Part shown: positions 22,001 through 32,711 of the stretch, piece by piece | Layout of the letters: each line of letters opens with the position of its first letter | Numbering within the stretch: position 1 is the stretch's first letter | Source: an uncultured Gemmatimonadales bacterium | GTDB lineage: Bacteria; Gemmatimonadota; Gemmatimonadetes; Gemmatimonadales; GWC2-71-9 | Assembly (NCBI GenBank): GCA_963748815.1 | Contig: CAVVKJ010000010.1 | Coordinates: 128,001-192,000, forward strand | Length of the DNA: 64,000 nucleotides | Reading direction: 5' to 3' | Program-made: the position numbers and the translations under genes | Notes under the pieces: model-generated | Seen by the model: only the letters and a program-made list of their open reading frames with translations | What the model was told of the DNA's origin: nothing | Database searches by the model: none

Positions 22001-25000
22001 GTGGCGATCACGCTCTCCGCTCCCCAGGCGGGTTGGCAGAAGCAGGCCACCTTCGCCCTGCCGACGGGGTGGCGGACGGAGGCGGACAGCACCGCCGCCC
22101 CGGCCACCGTGCAGAATGGCAACGGTGGCGAGGCCCTCACCTGGAACTTCTCCGAGGCACCGACCGGCCCGATCGAACTGCGGATGGTCCCGGCTGGTGC
22201 CGTGGCGCCGAGTGCGCCGGCCCGGATCGAGCCGCTCCGCCCCTCCGCGGCGAGGCTCGCCGAGCAGCAGAATGCGTTCCTGGCCGGGCCCGGCGTCGAG
22301 ATCGTCAGCCCGACCGACGGGACGATCCTGCGGAGCGACCGTGTGTACATCGGTGTGCGCGGTGAACCGGGCGCGCCGGTGACGCTGTTCGACGGCGACT
22401 CCGTGCTGGCGCAGGCCCAGCTCCGCCCGGACGGCGTCCAGGACTTCATTGCGGTGGCGCTCGCCGTCGGGCCGCATCGGCTCCGGGTGCGCATGAAGAA
22501 CTCCTGGTCGAAGGAGCGCTGGGACAGCGTGTCGGTGCATGTCACGGGCGCGCCGGCGTCGTTCGCGGCGGACCAGCGGCGCGTCGCGCTGGTGGCCGAC
22601 GGCCAGACGATCGCCACGGCGCGGGTCCGGGTGCTGGACGCCTGGGGCGTGCCGGTGGTCAACCGGCCGCAGGTCACCGCCGTTGCGGACGGCGCCGAGG
22701 TGGTGAACACCGATGCGGATCGCTCGTCGGTCGGGGTGCAGGTGACGGTCGACGAGGGAGGCTGGCTGACCATCCTCCTGCGCCCCGGACATTCGGTCGG
22801 GGAGGGAAGCCTCCGCCTTTCGTACGCGGCGCTCCACGGCGAATTGCCCCTCGACATTCTCCCCGCCGTCCAGCCGCTGCTGCTGACGGGTTCGGGCCTC
22901 GTCGGGATCGGCGCCAGCTACTCCGCCTACGGCGCGGTGACGGCGCGCGGCCATCTCGACGATCGCACCTCGTTCCTGGTGAGCTACGACTCCCGGCGGC
23001 TCGACGCCGGCACCGATGCCTTCGCGCGCAGCGCGGACCCGCTGGCCGAGGCGCAGTACCCGATCCTGGGCGACGCGAGCCTCTACCGGACGATGAGCGC
23101 CTCGACCTACCAGCTCTCGGCGCGCGTCGAGCGCGGCTACGACTGGCTCGCCTTCGGCGACATCGGGATCAACGGGGGCCTCGGTTCGGAACTGGGGCTC
23201 AGCACCTACCGGCGGGCGTTGCCGGGCCTCGCCGCCCGCTATACGACCGGGCCGGTGGTGTGGCAGGGCTTCGGCGCGGTGACCACCCAGTTGCTGCAGC
23301 AGACGCAGATTCGCGGGTCCGGCATTTCCGGGCCCTACCAGTTCGGCAGCACCATTCGCTTCGGCACCGAGCAGGTGACGGTGGAGACCCGGGAGCGGAA
23401 CAACGCGGAGCATATCCTCAGCCGCGAGGTGCTCACCCGGTTCGTGGATTACGAAATCGACTACGAAACCGGCTCGCTGCTCCTGAAGCGGCCGGTGCCC
23501 GCGGCCGACGCCTCCGGCAATCCCGTCTACCTCGTGGTGCTCTACGAGGCGGAAAGCGGCGGCTCGAGCAGTGAAGTCTGGGGTCTGCGCGCCACCGTGG
23601 ATGGCACCCAGTGGATCCGAAGCACCCTGTTCGACTCTGCACGCGTCGGCGCCACCTTCGTGCACGAGAGTCCGGATGCCGGCGGCCACCAGCTCCTCGG
23701 CGCCGACCTGCGCCTGGTCGAGCAGCACGGGCTGGCGCTGGGCGGCGAGGTGTCGTTCTCCGAGGGCCCTGACTCCAGCGGCACGGCCACGGCGCTGGCG
23801 GGTTCCTATGGGTTCCTCGGCGGGTCAGGGCTGCTCTTCGCCAAGTGGCTGGGCGTGAGTCGCGAGTTCGGGAATCCGGCGAACCCGGCGCTGCAGGGCG
23901 GCACCAGCGCCATCGACCTCGGCGCACAGTACAAGCGGGATGGGCGCGAGTTCCAGCTCGGGTACAACTGGCAGCGATTCGACATACAGGACCAGGAGCG
24001 GCAGGAGGCGCGGGCCAGCGTCCTTCAGCCGATCGGTGCCGAGGTGCAGGTGCTCGGCGCGCTGACGAGCCACCGCTTCCAGGGGCCCGACCTGGACGAC
24101 GAGCTCTGGGGCGCCGAGGCGAAGCTCAGCTGGAAGCCGGAAGGACGACTCGGAATGTGGACCGAGGGCCGGGTCGACCTGGGAGGCGACGGCGCGTCGC
24201 AGAGCCCCAGTTTCGTTGGCGTCGGCGCGTCGTTCGCCGTCACGAGCGCAGTGTCGCTCGAGGCGCGGCACCGGCGCGCCTTCCTCCCCGGCGACTCGGG
24301 GAGCTACAGCGTCACCGACATCGGAATCAAGACTCGGATCGGCGCCGGGACCGAGGCCTACGGCTCGTACCAGCTGGCCGGCGTTTCCGGGGCCGACAAC
24401 GCCGCCCTCGTCGGCCTGCGGAACCGACTCCAGGTCGGGTCGAGCTGGACGCTCAACACGCTGTTCGAGCGCCGGGTCGGGCTCAACGCAGCGGGCACCC
24501 TCGATCCGGTGCGGGCGGCTCCGTTCCTCCAGCAGGAAGAGGACTACTGGTCGGCCGGCCTCGGGGCGGAGTACCTTCCGCTGCTGGCGCCCTACCGGCT
24601 GAGCATGCGCGCCGAATTCAAGGACGGAGAAATCAACAGCAACCGGCTGCTGGCCCTCGCGGGCGACATCTCGCTGAACTCCGGGCTTGCCCTGCTGACC
24701 CGGCAGAATCTGCTCAAGACCGAGCAGACCAACGCGGACACCGCGGTTGTCGGGCATGCCTACGGGTCGTTGTGGGGCCTCGCGTTCCGGCCGACCCGCA
24801 GCAACAAGTTCAACATCCTGGCCAAGTATCAGTGGATCAACGTGCTGAATCCCAACCGGGGCAGCGTGCTGGGAGGCTCAGGCGAGGAGGGCCGGAACAT
24901 CCTGGCGCTCGAGGCCATCTACCAGCCGTCGGCCGCGAGTGAGATCACCGCCCGGATCGCCAGCCGCCGGAGCACCTCCAGCATCGTGGCCTCGGACGGC

Positions 25001-25328
25001 ACCAGCGTGGCGCTCAAGTCGCTGGCCGACTTCGTGGGATTGCGGGGGAGCCTGGTCTTGCGGCCGCAGCTGGAGGCCCGGCTCGACGGGCGGCTGCTGC
25101 TGGAGCGGACCAGCGGGGAGTCGCGCTATCAGATCTCGCCACAGCTCGCCTTCCTGCCGCAGCAGACGCTCGAAGTCGTCGACCGGGTACCGGTTCGGCG
25201 ACTTGCAGGACCCCGACTTTGCCTCCGATGGCGGCGACGGGTGGTTCGTGACCTTCAGCGCCCGGGTAAGCGAGCAGACCATCGCGTCGGCCGCCGACTT
25301 CTGGCGCCAGCGCTTCGGTGGAAAGTAG
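19031..25328 (+). CDS. large outer-membrane protein: DUF11 x3, SdrD-B-like, OmpA-like, Ig and C-terminal beta-barrel-like region (frameshift near 25180)
   Basis: Three K..PG..Y..D.P domains; GKVWVDVNNNGIQ; GHTDAVG...NRMLSEERA...NRRVE; long amphipathic beta C-terminus continuing in another frame as GYRFGDLQDPDF. Confidence 0.8.
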
Positions 25329-28300
25329 ATGCCCATGCCACGCTTCCAGCACCCGATCCGGCACCGGCGATCCCCCACCAGGGGCGGCTCGATCGTGCGC
25401 GCCATCGTGCTGGCCGTGTCGCTGGCGTGTGCCTGGCCGGCCATCGCGCAGGCGCAGCTCCAGATGTACGGCACCAACGCGAACGGCATCTACCGGATCA
25501 ACAGCGCGACGGGTGCGGGGGTCCAGCTCTACACCGGCACACCGTTCACCGGGGGATACGCCGCGGGCGCCGCCCAGCGGCCCAGTGACGGCATGCTCTT
25601 CTTCGTGGTCGGCAGCGGAGGCAACGACGCCCTCTATCGCTGGGACCCCGCCACACCCGCCACGGCGCCGGTCTTCGTGGGCAACACCGGTGTGCCGTAC
25701 ATGCCCCGGTTGGGATTCAGCACGTCAGGCGTCCTGTACGGCGTGGACATGGGGACCGACAACATCTACCTGCTGAACCAGACGACCGGCGCCGGCACGG
25801 CCACGGGCGCGGCGCTCAGCGGCGGGCCGGCGGGAAATACCGGCGGTGACCTCGCCTTCCACCCTGCCGACGGGTACATCTACATCCCCACCGGTACCGG
25901 CAACCCCTACACGCTCTACCGTGTGCCCGTGACGGGTGGCGCATTGACGAGCGTGTCCACCTTCTCCGGCATGCCGTGCGATCCGTCGGGTGCGGCCTTC
26001 GACGCCGCGGGCACGCTGTTCATCCAGTGTTCCACCTCGAACAACATCTACACCATTCCGCTGACCGGCGGCGCGGCCACGCTGGTGGGCGTCGGTCCGC
26101 GCGGGGTTGCAGGACCTGGCCTCCGTCCCGGTGCCGCCCCCTACCGTCACGATGGGGTTCGCGCCCGGCACCGTGGGAGCGCCCGGCGCGACGTCGGTCC
26201 TGACCATCACGCTCACCAACTCCGCCGCCGTGCAGCAGCGCGGGGCCGGCTTCACCCTCGGCTATCCGGCCAACCTGGTGAACGCCCCGACGCCCGCCGT
26301 GGCCACGACCTGCGGCGGCCCCGCCACCGCCGCCGCCGGCGGCGGAAGCGTGGCGCTTGCCGGCGGGACGATCCCCGCCGGCGGGAGCTGCACCATCTCG
26401 GTGACCGTGACGGCCACCTCGACCGGCACCTACGTCGTCACCCTGCCGGCGGGAGGCCTGCTGACGGTGATCGGCGCCAATGTTTCCCCAGCCTCCGCGA
26501 CCCTCACGGTCGGCGCGGGGTTTTCCGGGACGGTGTTCGAGGACGCGAATTATGGAGGCGGCGCCGGGAGGAGCCTCGCGGCGTCGGGCGGGGTGGGCGT
26601 GGCGGGGGCGCGAGTGGAGCTCTACAACGGGGCAGGGGCCTACGTCGGCTTCACGACCACCAACGCCACCGGCGCCTACAACTGGCCGAACCTCGCCGCC
26701 GGCAACTACACGGTCCGGGTGGTCAACCTCACGGTCCCGTCGGCGCGCGCCGGGTATGTCGCCGCTCTGATTCCGGTTCAGACGTTCCGGGTCAACGCCA
26801 CCAGCGGCTCGGCGGTGGCGGTGACCGATCGCGTCGGCGGCCAGGACCCGAACGTGGCCGACGCCGCCAACGGCGGGTCCGGGACCACGATGAACACCGC
26901 CACCGGCCTCTTTACCGCCGGCGTCACCGGGCAGGCCCAGTCCATCGCCACGGTCACCATCAGCGGAGCGGGCAATGTCACCGATGTGGACTTCGGGTTC
27001 AGCTTTGACGTCATGGTCAACCGGAACACCACGGGGCAGGGAAGCCTCCGGCAGGTGATGACCAATGCCAACGCCCTTTCGAACGCCGGGCTGGCGCAGG
27101 CAGGGCGGACGGCCGGTACCGAGAACGTGGTCTTCATGCTCGCGAATGGCACCGCCTTCCCGGGCACCAATGCCGGGTACCCGAACCAGTTCTCCGGCGG
27201 CGTGGCCACCATCAACCTGACCAGCGTCCTCCCGACCATCACCTCCGCGCTGGTGCTCGACGCGCAGACCCAGCCGGGGTGGTCAGGCGTGCCGATCGTC
27301 GAGCTCAATGGCAGCGGCGCGGGCGCGGGCGGCGACGGGTTCACCATCAGCTCCGCCAACAACGTGGTGAGCGGGTTCGTGATCAACCGCTTCGGCGACC
27401 AGGGTGTGATCCTCACCGGCGCGGGAGCCACCGGCAACCTGGTGGCCGGCAACTACATCGGCGTGAACGCCTCGGGCACCGCCGCCTCCGCCAATGGCAG
27501 CTATGGCATCCAGATTCTCGGCGGCGCCAGCAACAACACGATCGGCGGCACCACCGCCGCCGTGCGGAACGTCATTGCCGGCAACGCCTCCGCCGGCATC
27601 CGGATCCGCGATGCCGCCAGCACCGGCAACGTGATCCTCGGCAACTACATCGGACTGAATGCCGCCGGCACCGGGGCGCTGGGCAACGCGGCCGAGGGCG
27701 TGCTGATCAACAACAGTGCCGGCGACAATACGATCGGCGGGACCGGGGCGGGAGCCGGGAACCGGATTTGGTACAACGCGGGAGACGGTGTCGTCGTGAC
27801 GTCGAATGCCGCGGACGGCAACGCCATCCTCGGCAATTCCATCGCGTCGAACACGGGGCTGGGCATTGACCTGGGGAACAACGGCGTCACCGTCAACAAT
27901 GGGTCGAAGTCCAACAATCAGCCCAACGACGGCATGGATTACCCTGTCTTCACGTCGGCCTCGGTGAACGGCGCCCTCCTGACCGTGGCGGGCTACGTCG
28001 GAAGCGCGGCCGGTCAGTCCACATTCGGTGGGGCCCGGGTCGAGATCTTCCGGTCGGACAACGACCCCACCGGGTATGGCGAGGGGCCGGTCTATCTCGG
28101 CTTCCTCACCGCCGCGGCGAACGGCAACTTCAGCGGCTCCGTGTCGCTGGGCGGAGTGGTCGGGGGAGACCGGATCACCGGCACCGCCACCGACGCCGCC
28201 GGCAACACCTCGGAATTCGGGCTCAACCTCGTGGTGGCTGCCCCGCCGCCGGTGCTGGCGCTCACCAACATGGTGAGCCCGGGCGGCGCCCAGATGCCGG

Positions 28301-28629
28301 GCACCGACCTCACCTATACCATCATGTTCGTCAACAACGGGGGCACGGCAGCCACGGGCGTGGTCCTGGTGGATTCGCTGACGACGAGGGTGGACTTCAA
28401 GATCGGCTCGGTGACCTCGAATCTCGGCACCACCGGCCTCACGGTGGCGGTGTCCTATTCGAACAACAACGGCACGAGCTATGTGTATGTGCCGGTGAGC
28501 GGTGGTGGCGGGGCGCCCGCAGGGTACGACCGCAACGTGACCAACGTCCGGTGGGCCTTCACCGGGAGCCTGAGCGCCACCGCGCCGAACAACGCCGGGA
28601 GCGTCGGCGTCATTGGGCGAATACGCTAG
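25329..28629 (+). CDS. large secreted adhesin-like protein: propeller-like N-terminus, Ig/SdrD-B, beta-helix, C-terminal DUF11 (frameshift near 26100)
   Basis: Signal peptide; GDLAF-type blades; GNYIG/NTIGG beta-helix repeats; PGTDLTYTI domain. Confidence 0.75.
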
Positions 28630-28642
28630 CGACCCTTCCTGG

Positions 28643-29617
28643 CTACAGCTCGAACACCATCCCCTCCCGCGCGATCCCGAACCCCCGCCGCGCGATTTCG
28701 AGCTGCTGCGGCCCGCCGTCATCCAGTGCCGGGTTGGAATTGTTCAGGTGGGTCAGCACGATTCGTGTGTCCCCCTGATCGGCGACCCCCTGAAGCGCAT
28801 CCATCGTCTGCGTCATCAGCGGGTGCGGGACCTCCTCCACCGACCGTCCCGGCAGCTCATCCATCGACCAGAACGAGCCGTCCAGCAGCGCGATGTCGAC
28901 GCCGCGGACCGCCGTGGCCACGTCCCGCTCCCACCTTGACCAGGAGTTGATGTCCGGGAGAAACAAGATCGACGCGTCGGGACCGCGAAAGACGAATCCC
29001 ACCGTGTCCGCCTGCTCGTCCCGGTGCGGCACCTTCCAGAGCTGCACCTCGAGCAGCGGGTCGATCCGGTGCCATCGATCGAGCGCGAGCGGCTTCAGGT
29101 CGATGCGCCCCTGCTCGACCAGGAACCGCCAGGGGTAGTTGGCGGCGAGGAAGTCGGCCATCGCCTGAGTGCAGAAGACCGGCGTCTTCCGCATCCCCAT
29201 CCCCTCGTTGCCCAGCACGGCGAGCCCGGCGTAGTGGCCGATGTGGGCGTGGGTGAGGAAGATCCCGTCGAACGGCCTCCGTTCGGCGGCGCGGCCTCGG
29301 AACGAGGGCTCCGTGATCAGGTCGAGCTGCCGCGTGATGTCGGGGGTGGCGTCCACCAGATAGAACCGCTCGGCCCCGGGCTCCACCAGCGCGAGCGACG
29401 AGACGAAGCGCCCGCGGCCGCTCGCATGCAGTGCGCGTCCGTCGTTGCAGCGGGCGGTGTAGCAACCCACCTGGGGGAAGCCGGCGTCCTGCACGGACCC
29501 GAGGACGAGCGCGTAGAGCTCGCCGGCGGTTCGGGAGGCACGCCAGGGGAACCCCTGCAGGGAACGCGGGAGAAGTCCTGCCGCCACGAACGCGGAAACA
29601 AACTGCCGACGCTGCAT
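28643..29617 (-). CDS. PqqB-like metallo-beta-lactamase fold hydrolase with Tat signal
   Basis: MQRRQFV, LGSVQDAGFPQ, THAHIGHY, VPHRDE, THLNNSNP. Confidence 0.8.
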   Translation of the reverse strand: MQRRQFVSAFVAAGLLPRSLQGFPWRASRTAGELYALVLGSVQDAGFPQVGCYTARCNDGRALHASGRGRFVSSLALVEPGAERFYLVDATPDITRQLDLITEPSFRGRAAERRPFDGIFLTHAHIGHYAGLAVLGNEGMGMRKTPVFCTQAMADFLAANYPWRFLVEQGRIDLKPLALDRWHRIDPLLEVQLWKVPHRDEQADTVGFVFRGPDASILFLPDINSWSRWERDVATAVRGVDIALLDGSFWSMDELPGRSVEEVPHPLMTQTMDALQGVADQGDTRIVLTHLNNSNPALDDGGPQQLEIARRGFGIAREGMVFEL

Positions 29618-29737
29618 CAGCCAGCCTCATTGCCAAGTGGTAAAAATCACCTTAAGATGATAAATCCAACGCCCGAGGGTCGTCCCCTATGCGCGCTGTC
29701 ACCAGCGCAGTTCACCGTCCATCTGCACTCTGGCGCA

Positions 29738-29947
29738 ATGTCGATCCTCGCCCTCGTGCCAACGCGCCGGTTCCTCCTCAACCAACAGGGAGCGTCCCTC
29801 TCGGCGACCGTCGCGCTGGTGGCCCTGCTGTCGCTTGGCAGCGGATTCATCTTCTCCCGCCGGGCGGGATTCTGCAACTCCCTCTGCCCCGACTGCACCG
29901 CCTGCGCGGTCCGCGGGGGCGTGGAGCTCACGTGGGGTGGGACCTGA
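29738..29947 (+). pseudogene. possible fragment of a membrane 4Fe-4S-binding protein
   Basis: TM stretch followed by RRAGFCNSLCP; no full gene present. Confidence 0.3.
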
Positions 29948-30045
29948 CATTAGAATGCATATGGACAGGCATCGGCCAGAACCGCGTCGGGTGGTGATGA
30001 CGCGGCATGGGGCTGCCTGCCAAACATGAGGTGAGGTTCGAAACC

Positions 30046-31461
30046 ATGGCTGCCAGTACTTCGATTCCCCAGATCATCCAGGGCGGGATGGGCGTCGGCA
30101 TCTCCGACTGGCGCCTGGCGCGCGCGGTCTCAGCCTGCGGGCAGCTGGGCGTCGTCTCGGGCACCGCCATCGATACGGTCCTGGTGCGCCGGCTCCAGGA
30201 CGGAGATCCCGATGGGCACATGCGTCGTGCCATGGCCGCGTTCCCGATTCCGGGCGTCGCGGCGGACATGGAACGCCTCTACTTCCTTCCCGAAGGTCGC
30301 GCACCCGGGACCCCCTACAAGCTGCTCCCGATGGATCGGCAGGCACCCAGCACTGCCCGTCAGCTGGTCATCGTCATGGCGGCATTCGTGGAGGTGTACC
30401 TGGCCAAGGAGGGCCACGACGGGATGGTGGGGATGAATCTCCTGACCAAGATTCAGAGTCCCACGCTCGCCGCGCTCTACGGCGCGATGCTGGCCGGCGT
30501 CGATGTCATCCTGATGGGTGCCGGCATTCCCCGGGAAATCCCCGCCGCACTGGACCGGCTGTCCGAGCACCAGGTGGCGAAACTGCGGTTCGAGGTGGAG
30601 GGCCTTGCCTCCGGTCGGGAGGAGTACCTCACGCTCGATCCCGCCTCCTTCTGGCCCGCACTGCCGCCGGCGCTGCGGCGCCCCGAGTTCCTGGCCATCA
30701 TTGCCAGCAACTCGCTGGCGACGGTGCTGGCCCGAAAGGCGAGCGGGAAGGTGAACGGCTTCGTCATCGAGGGGCCGACCGCCGGCGGCCACAATGCCCC
30801 GCCGCGCGGCGCGCCGACCTTCAACGAGCGGGGCGAACCGCTGTACGGCGAGCGGGACGAGGTGGATCTCGCCAAGGTGGCGGAACTCGGACTCCCCTTC
30901 TGGCTGGCAGGGGGTACCGGCCGCCGGGGGAGCCTCGCGGATTCGCTGGAGGCCGGTGCGAACGGCATCCAGGTCGGGACGCTCTTCGCGTACTGCAATG
31001 AGTCGGGACTGGCGGACGAACTGAAGTACGGTGTACTCGAGCACGTGGGGCCGGGCGAGGTGACGGTCCGGACGGATCCCCGGGCGTCGCCCACGGGGTT
31101 TCCCTTCAAGGTGGTGACGTGGCCTGACGCACCGGGGAGCGGGGTCGAGCGGGAGCGGAAGTGCGATCTCGGCGTGCTCCGGGTGCCCTACCAGACCCCG
31201 GAAGGGAAGATTGGCTACCGATGTGCCGCCGAGCCGGTCGAGGCGTATGTGAAGAAGGGTGGGAAGGCGGAGGACGCGGAGGGGCGCCGGTGCCTCTGCA
31301 ATGGGCTGATGGCGGATATCGGCCTTGGCCAGGTTCGCGCCAACGACACGGTCGAGCCGCCGCTCGTCACCAGTGGAGACGACCTCGTCGCCCTCGGTGA
31401 TTTCCTCGGAGAGCGGACCAGATATTCCGCCGAAGCGGTGCTCGAGTTCCTCCTGGCGTAG
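30046..31461 (+). CDS. nitronate monooxygenase family flavoprotein
   Basis: IIQGGMGVGIS, MGAGIP, EGPTAGGH, GIQVGT, SPTGFPFK. Confidence 0.85.
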   Translation: MAASTSIPQIIQGGMGVGISDWRLARAVSACGQLGVVSGTAIDTVLVRRLQDGDPDGHMRRAMAAFPIPGVAADMERLYFLPEGRAPGTPYKLLPMDRQAPSTARQLVIVMAAFVEVYLAKEGHDGMVGMNLLTKIQSPTLAALYGAMLAGVDVILMGAGIPREIPAALDRLSEHQVAKLRFEVEGLASGREEYLTLDPASFWPALPPALRRPEFLAIIASNSLATVLARKASGKVNGFVIEGPTAGGHNAPPRGAPTFNERGEPLYGERDEVDLAKVAELGLPFWLAGGTGRRGSLADSLEAGANGIQVGTLFAYCNESGLADELKYGVLEHVGPGEVTVRTDPRASPTGFPFKVVTWPDAPGSGVERERKCDLGVLRVPYQTPEGKIGYRCAAEPVEAYVKKGGKAEDAEGRRCLCNGLMADIGLGQVRANDTVEPPLVTSGDDLVALGDFLGERTRYSAEAVLEFLLA

Positions 31462-31511
31462 GCCGCCGCTCGACCCAGGGGGCGATCGGAGGCGGCCAGC
31501 GACGCTGTGCC

Positions 31512-31847
31512 CTACACCGGTCGGGAGGAGCGAGGGTCGAGCGACAACAGCGCGGCCAGGACCAGGGCGCCAACGAGGCCCCATTCCAGTCCCTCGGGGT
31601 GTGCGCCGACCAACCAGCACATCACGAGCATCGCCACGTTCGCCGCGATCGCGGCGATCCACAGCCCGCGCGCCTTCATCCCATACCAATAGTTGAGAAG
31701 GTTGATCGTCCCGAGGTAGACGAAGACCATCCCGACGATGACGCCGATCTCGTCCATCCAGGGGGTGACTTCGATGAAGGTGTTGGCGATGAAATAGGCG
31801 CCCGCCAGCGCAATGGCGCCGCCGGCAATCAGGTAGAGGTAGCGCAT
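31512..31847 (-). CDS. small 4-TM membrane protein
   Basis: Hydrophobic ORF with GGAGG RBS. Confidence 0.6.
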   Translation of the reverse strand: MRYLYLIAGGAIALAGAYFIANTFIEVTPWMDEIGVIVGMVFVYLGTINLLNYWYGMKARGLWIAAIAANVAMLVMCWLVGAHPEGLEWGLVGALVLAALLSLDPRSSRPV

Positions 31848-32113
31848 CAGACCTCCGAAACGAGACCAGCCGTGAAGGGGGAGAGCATTTCTCCCCCGCA
31901 ATCCGGGGGCCGCGCCCTCGCCTTTCACGTTGTCCCGTGATGGAACCACGCCACACCCGAATCCAAGTCTCGTCCATCACTGGGGTTGCGCCCACCGTGT
32001 GTCGGTCTTGGAGATCGAGGAGGAGGGCCAACTGGCAGTGAGGGGGTGGGCGATTCTGGCGGATTGGGGGGAATTCTCGTGTTACGCACCCGTCCGGTCG
32101 GGCCGGAATGCCC

Positions 32114-32464
32114 TCATTTGCGGGGAGCCCGGCGGGGCTTCTTCCGCCGGGCAACGCTCAGCGCCGCCTCTACCCATGCCGGCAACTCCTCGGGGTCTTC
32201 GAGCACGCCCTCCGGCACCGCGTAGTACTGCATGCTCCCACCGCCCGGCCCGTAGGGCTCGAACGGGCCCATCCCCTGGCGTTCGAACATCGCCCGGTTG
32301 CCGTCGTCCACCTTGAAGTAGACGGTGTCCTCATCGATAAGCGCAAAGAACAGCTCCCCACTGTAGATCCCGACGCCGCCGAACATCGCCCGGGCACGAA
32401 TGCCGGGTGTCGCGCGGCCGAGCTGCTCGAGCACGTAGGCACGGAATGAGGGTGTGATGGCCAT
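32114..32464 (-). CDS. TfoX/Sxy N-terminal domain protein
   Basis: RAMFGGVGIY...FFALI...YFKVDD...MQYYAVP. Confidence 0.85.
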   Translation of the reverse strand: MAITPSFRAYVLEQLGRATPGIRARAMFGGVGIYSGELFFALIDEDTVYFKVDDGNRAMFERQGMGPFEPYGPGGGSMQYYAVPEGVLEDPEELPAWVEAALSVARRKKPRRAPRK

Positions 32465-32470
32465 GCGGGT

Positions 32471-32707
32471 TCAGTCGGGGCGGCGGGGCCGCGCAGCGGA
32501 GTCCCAGCCGTCGCGGCGTCGTGCGCGATGGGCAAGGACGCCCAAGGCAACCATGACGCCCAAGGCGACGCCGGCCGTGGCCGCCAGCGGCAGGCGGTCA
32601 GCGGAGACCGCCGCGCCAAGAGCGACGACTGCGGCAGCCGCAACAAGAAAACGGAGCAACCCGGTCAATCCAATCGACCTCGCTGTGCCAGTCCGCGATT
32701 CGTTCAT
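32471..32707 (-). CDS. small 2-TM protein
   Basis: Hydrophobic ORF packed between neighbours. Confidence 0.45.
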   Translation of the reverse strand: MNESRTGTARSIGLTGLLRFLVAAAAVVALGAAVSADRLPLAATAGVALGVMVALGVLAHRARRRDGWDSAARPRRPD

Positions 32708-32711
32708 GGTA

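Noticed and set aside
18353..23728. 1791-aa minus-strand ORF and other long antisense ORFs
   Set aside because: Shadow frames of GC-rich genes on the opposite strand; no recognisable motifs.
31848..32113. Structured intergenic region as a riboswitch or ncRNA
   Set aside because: Some pairing (GTGATGGA/TCCATCAC) but no recognisable family consensus; expected by chance at this GC.
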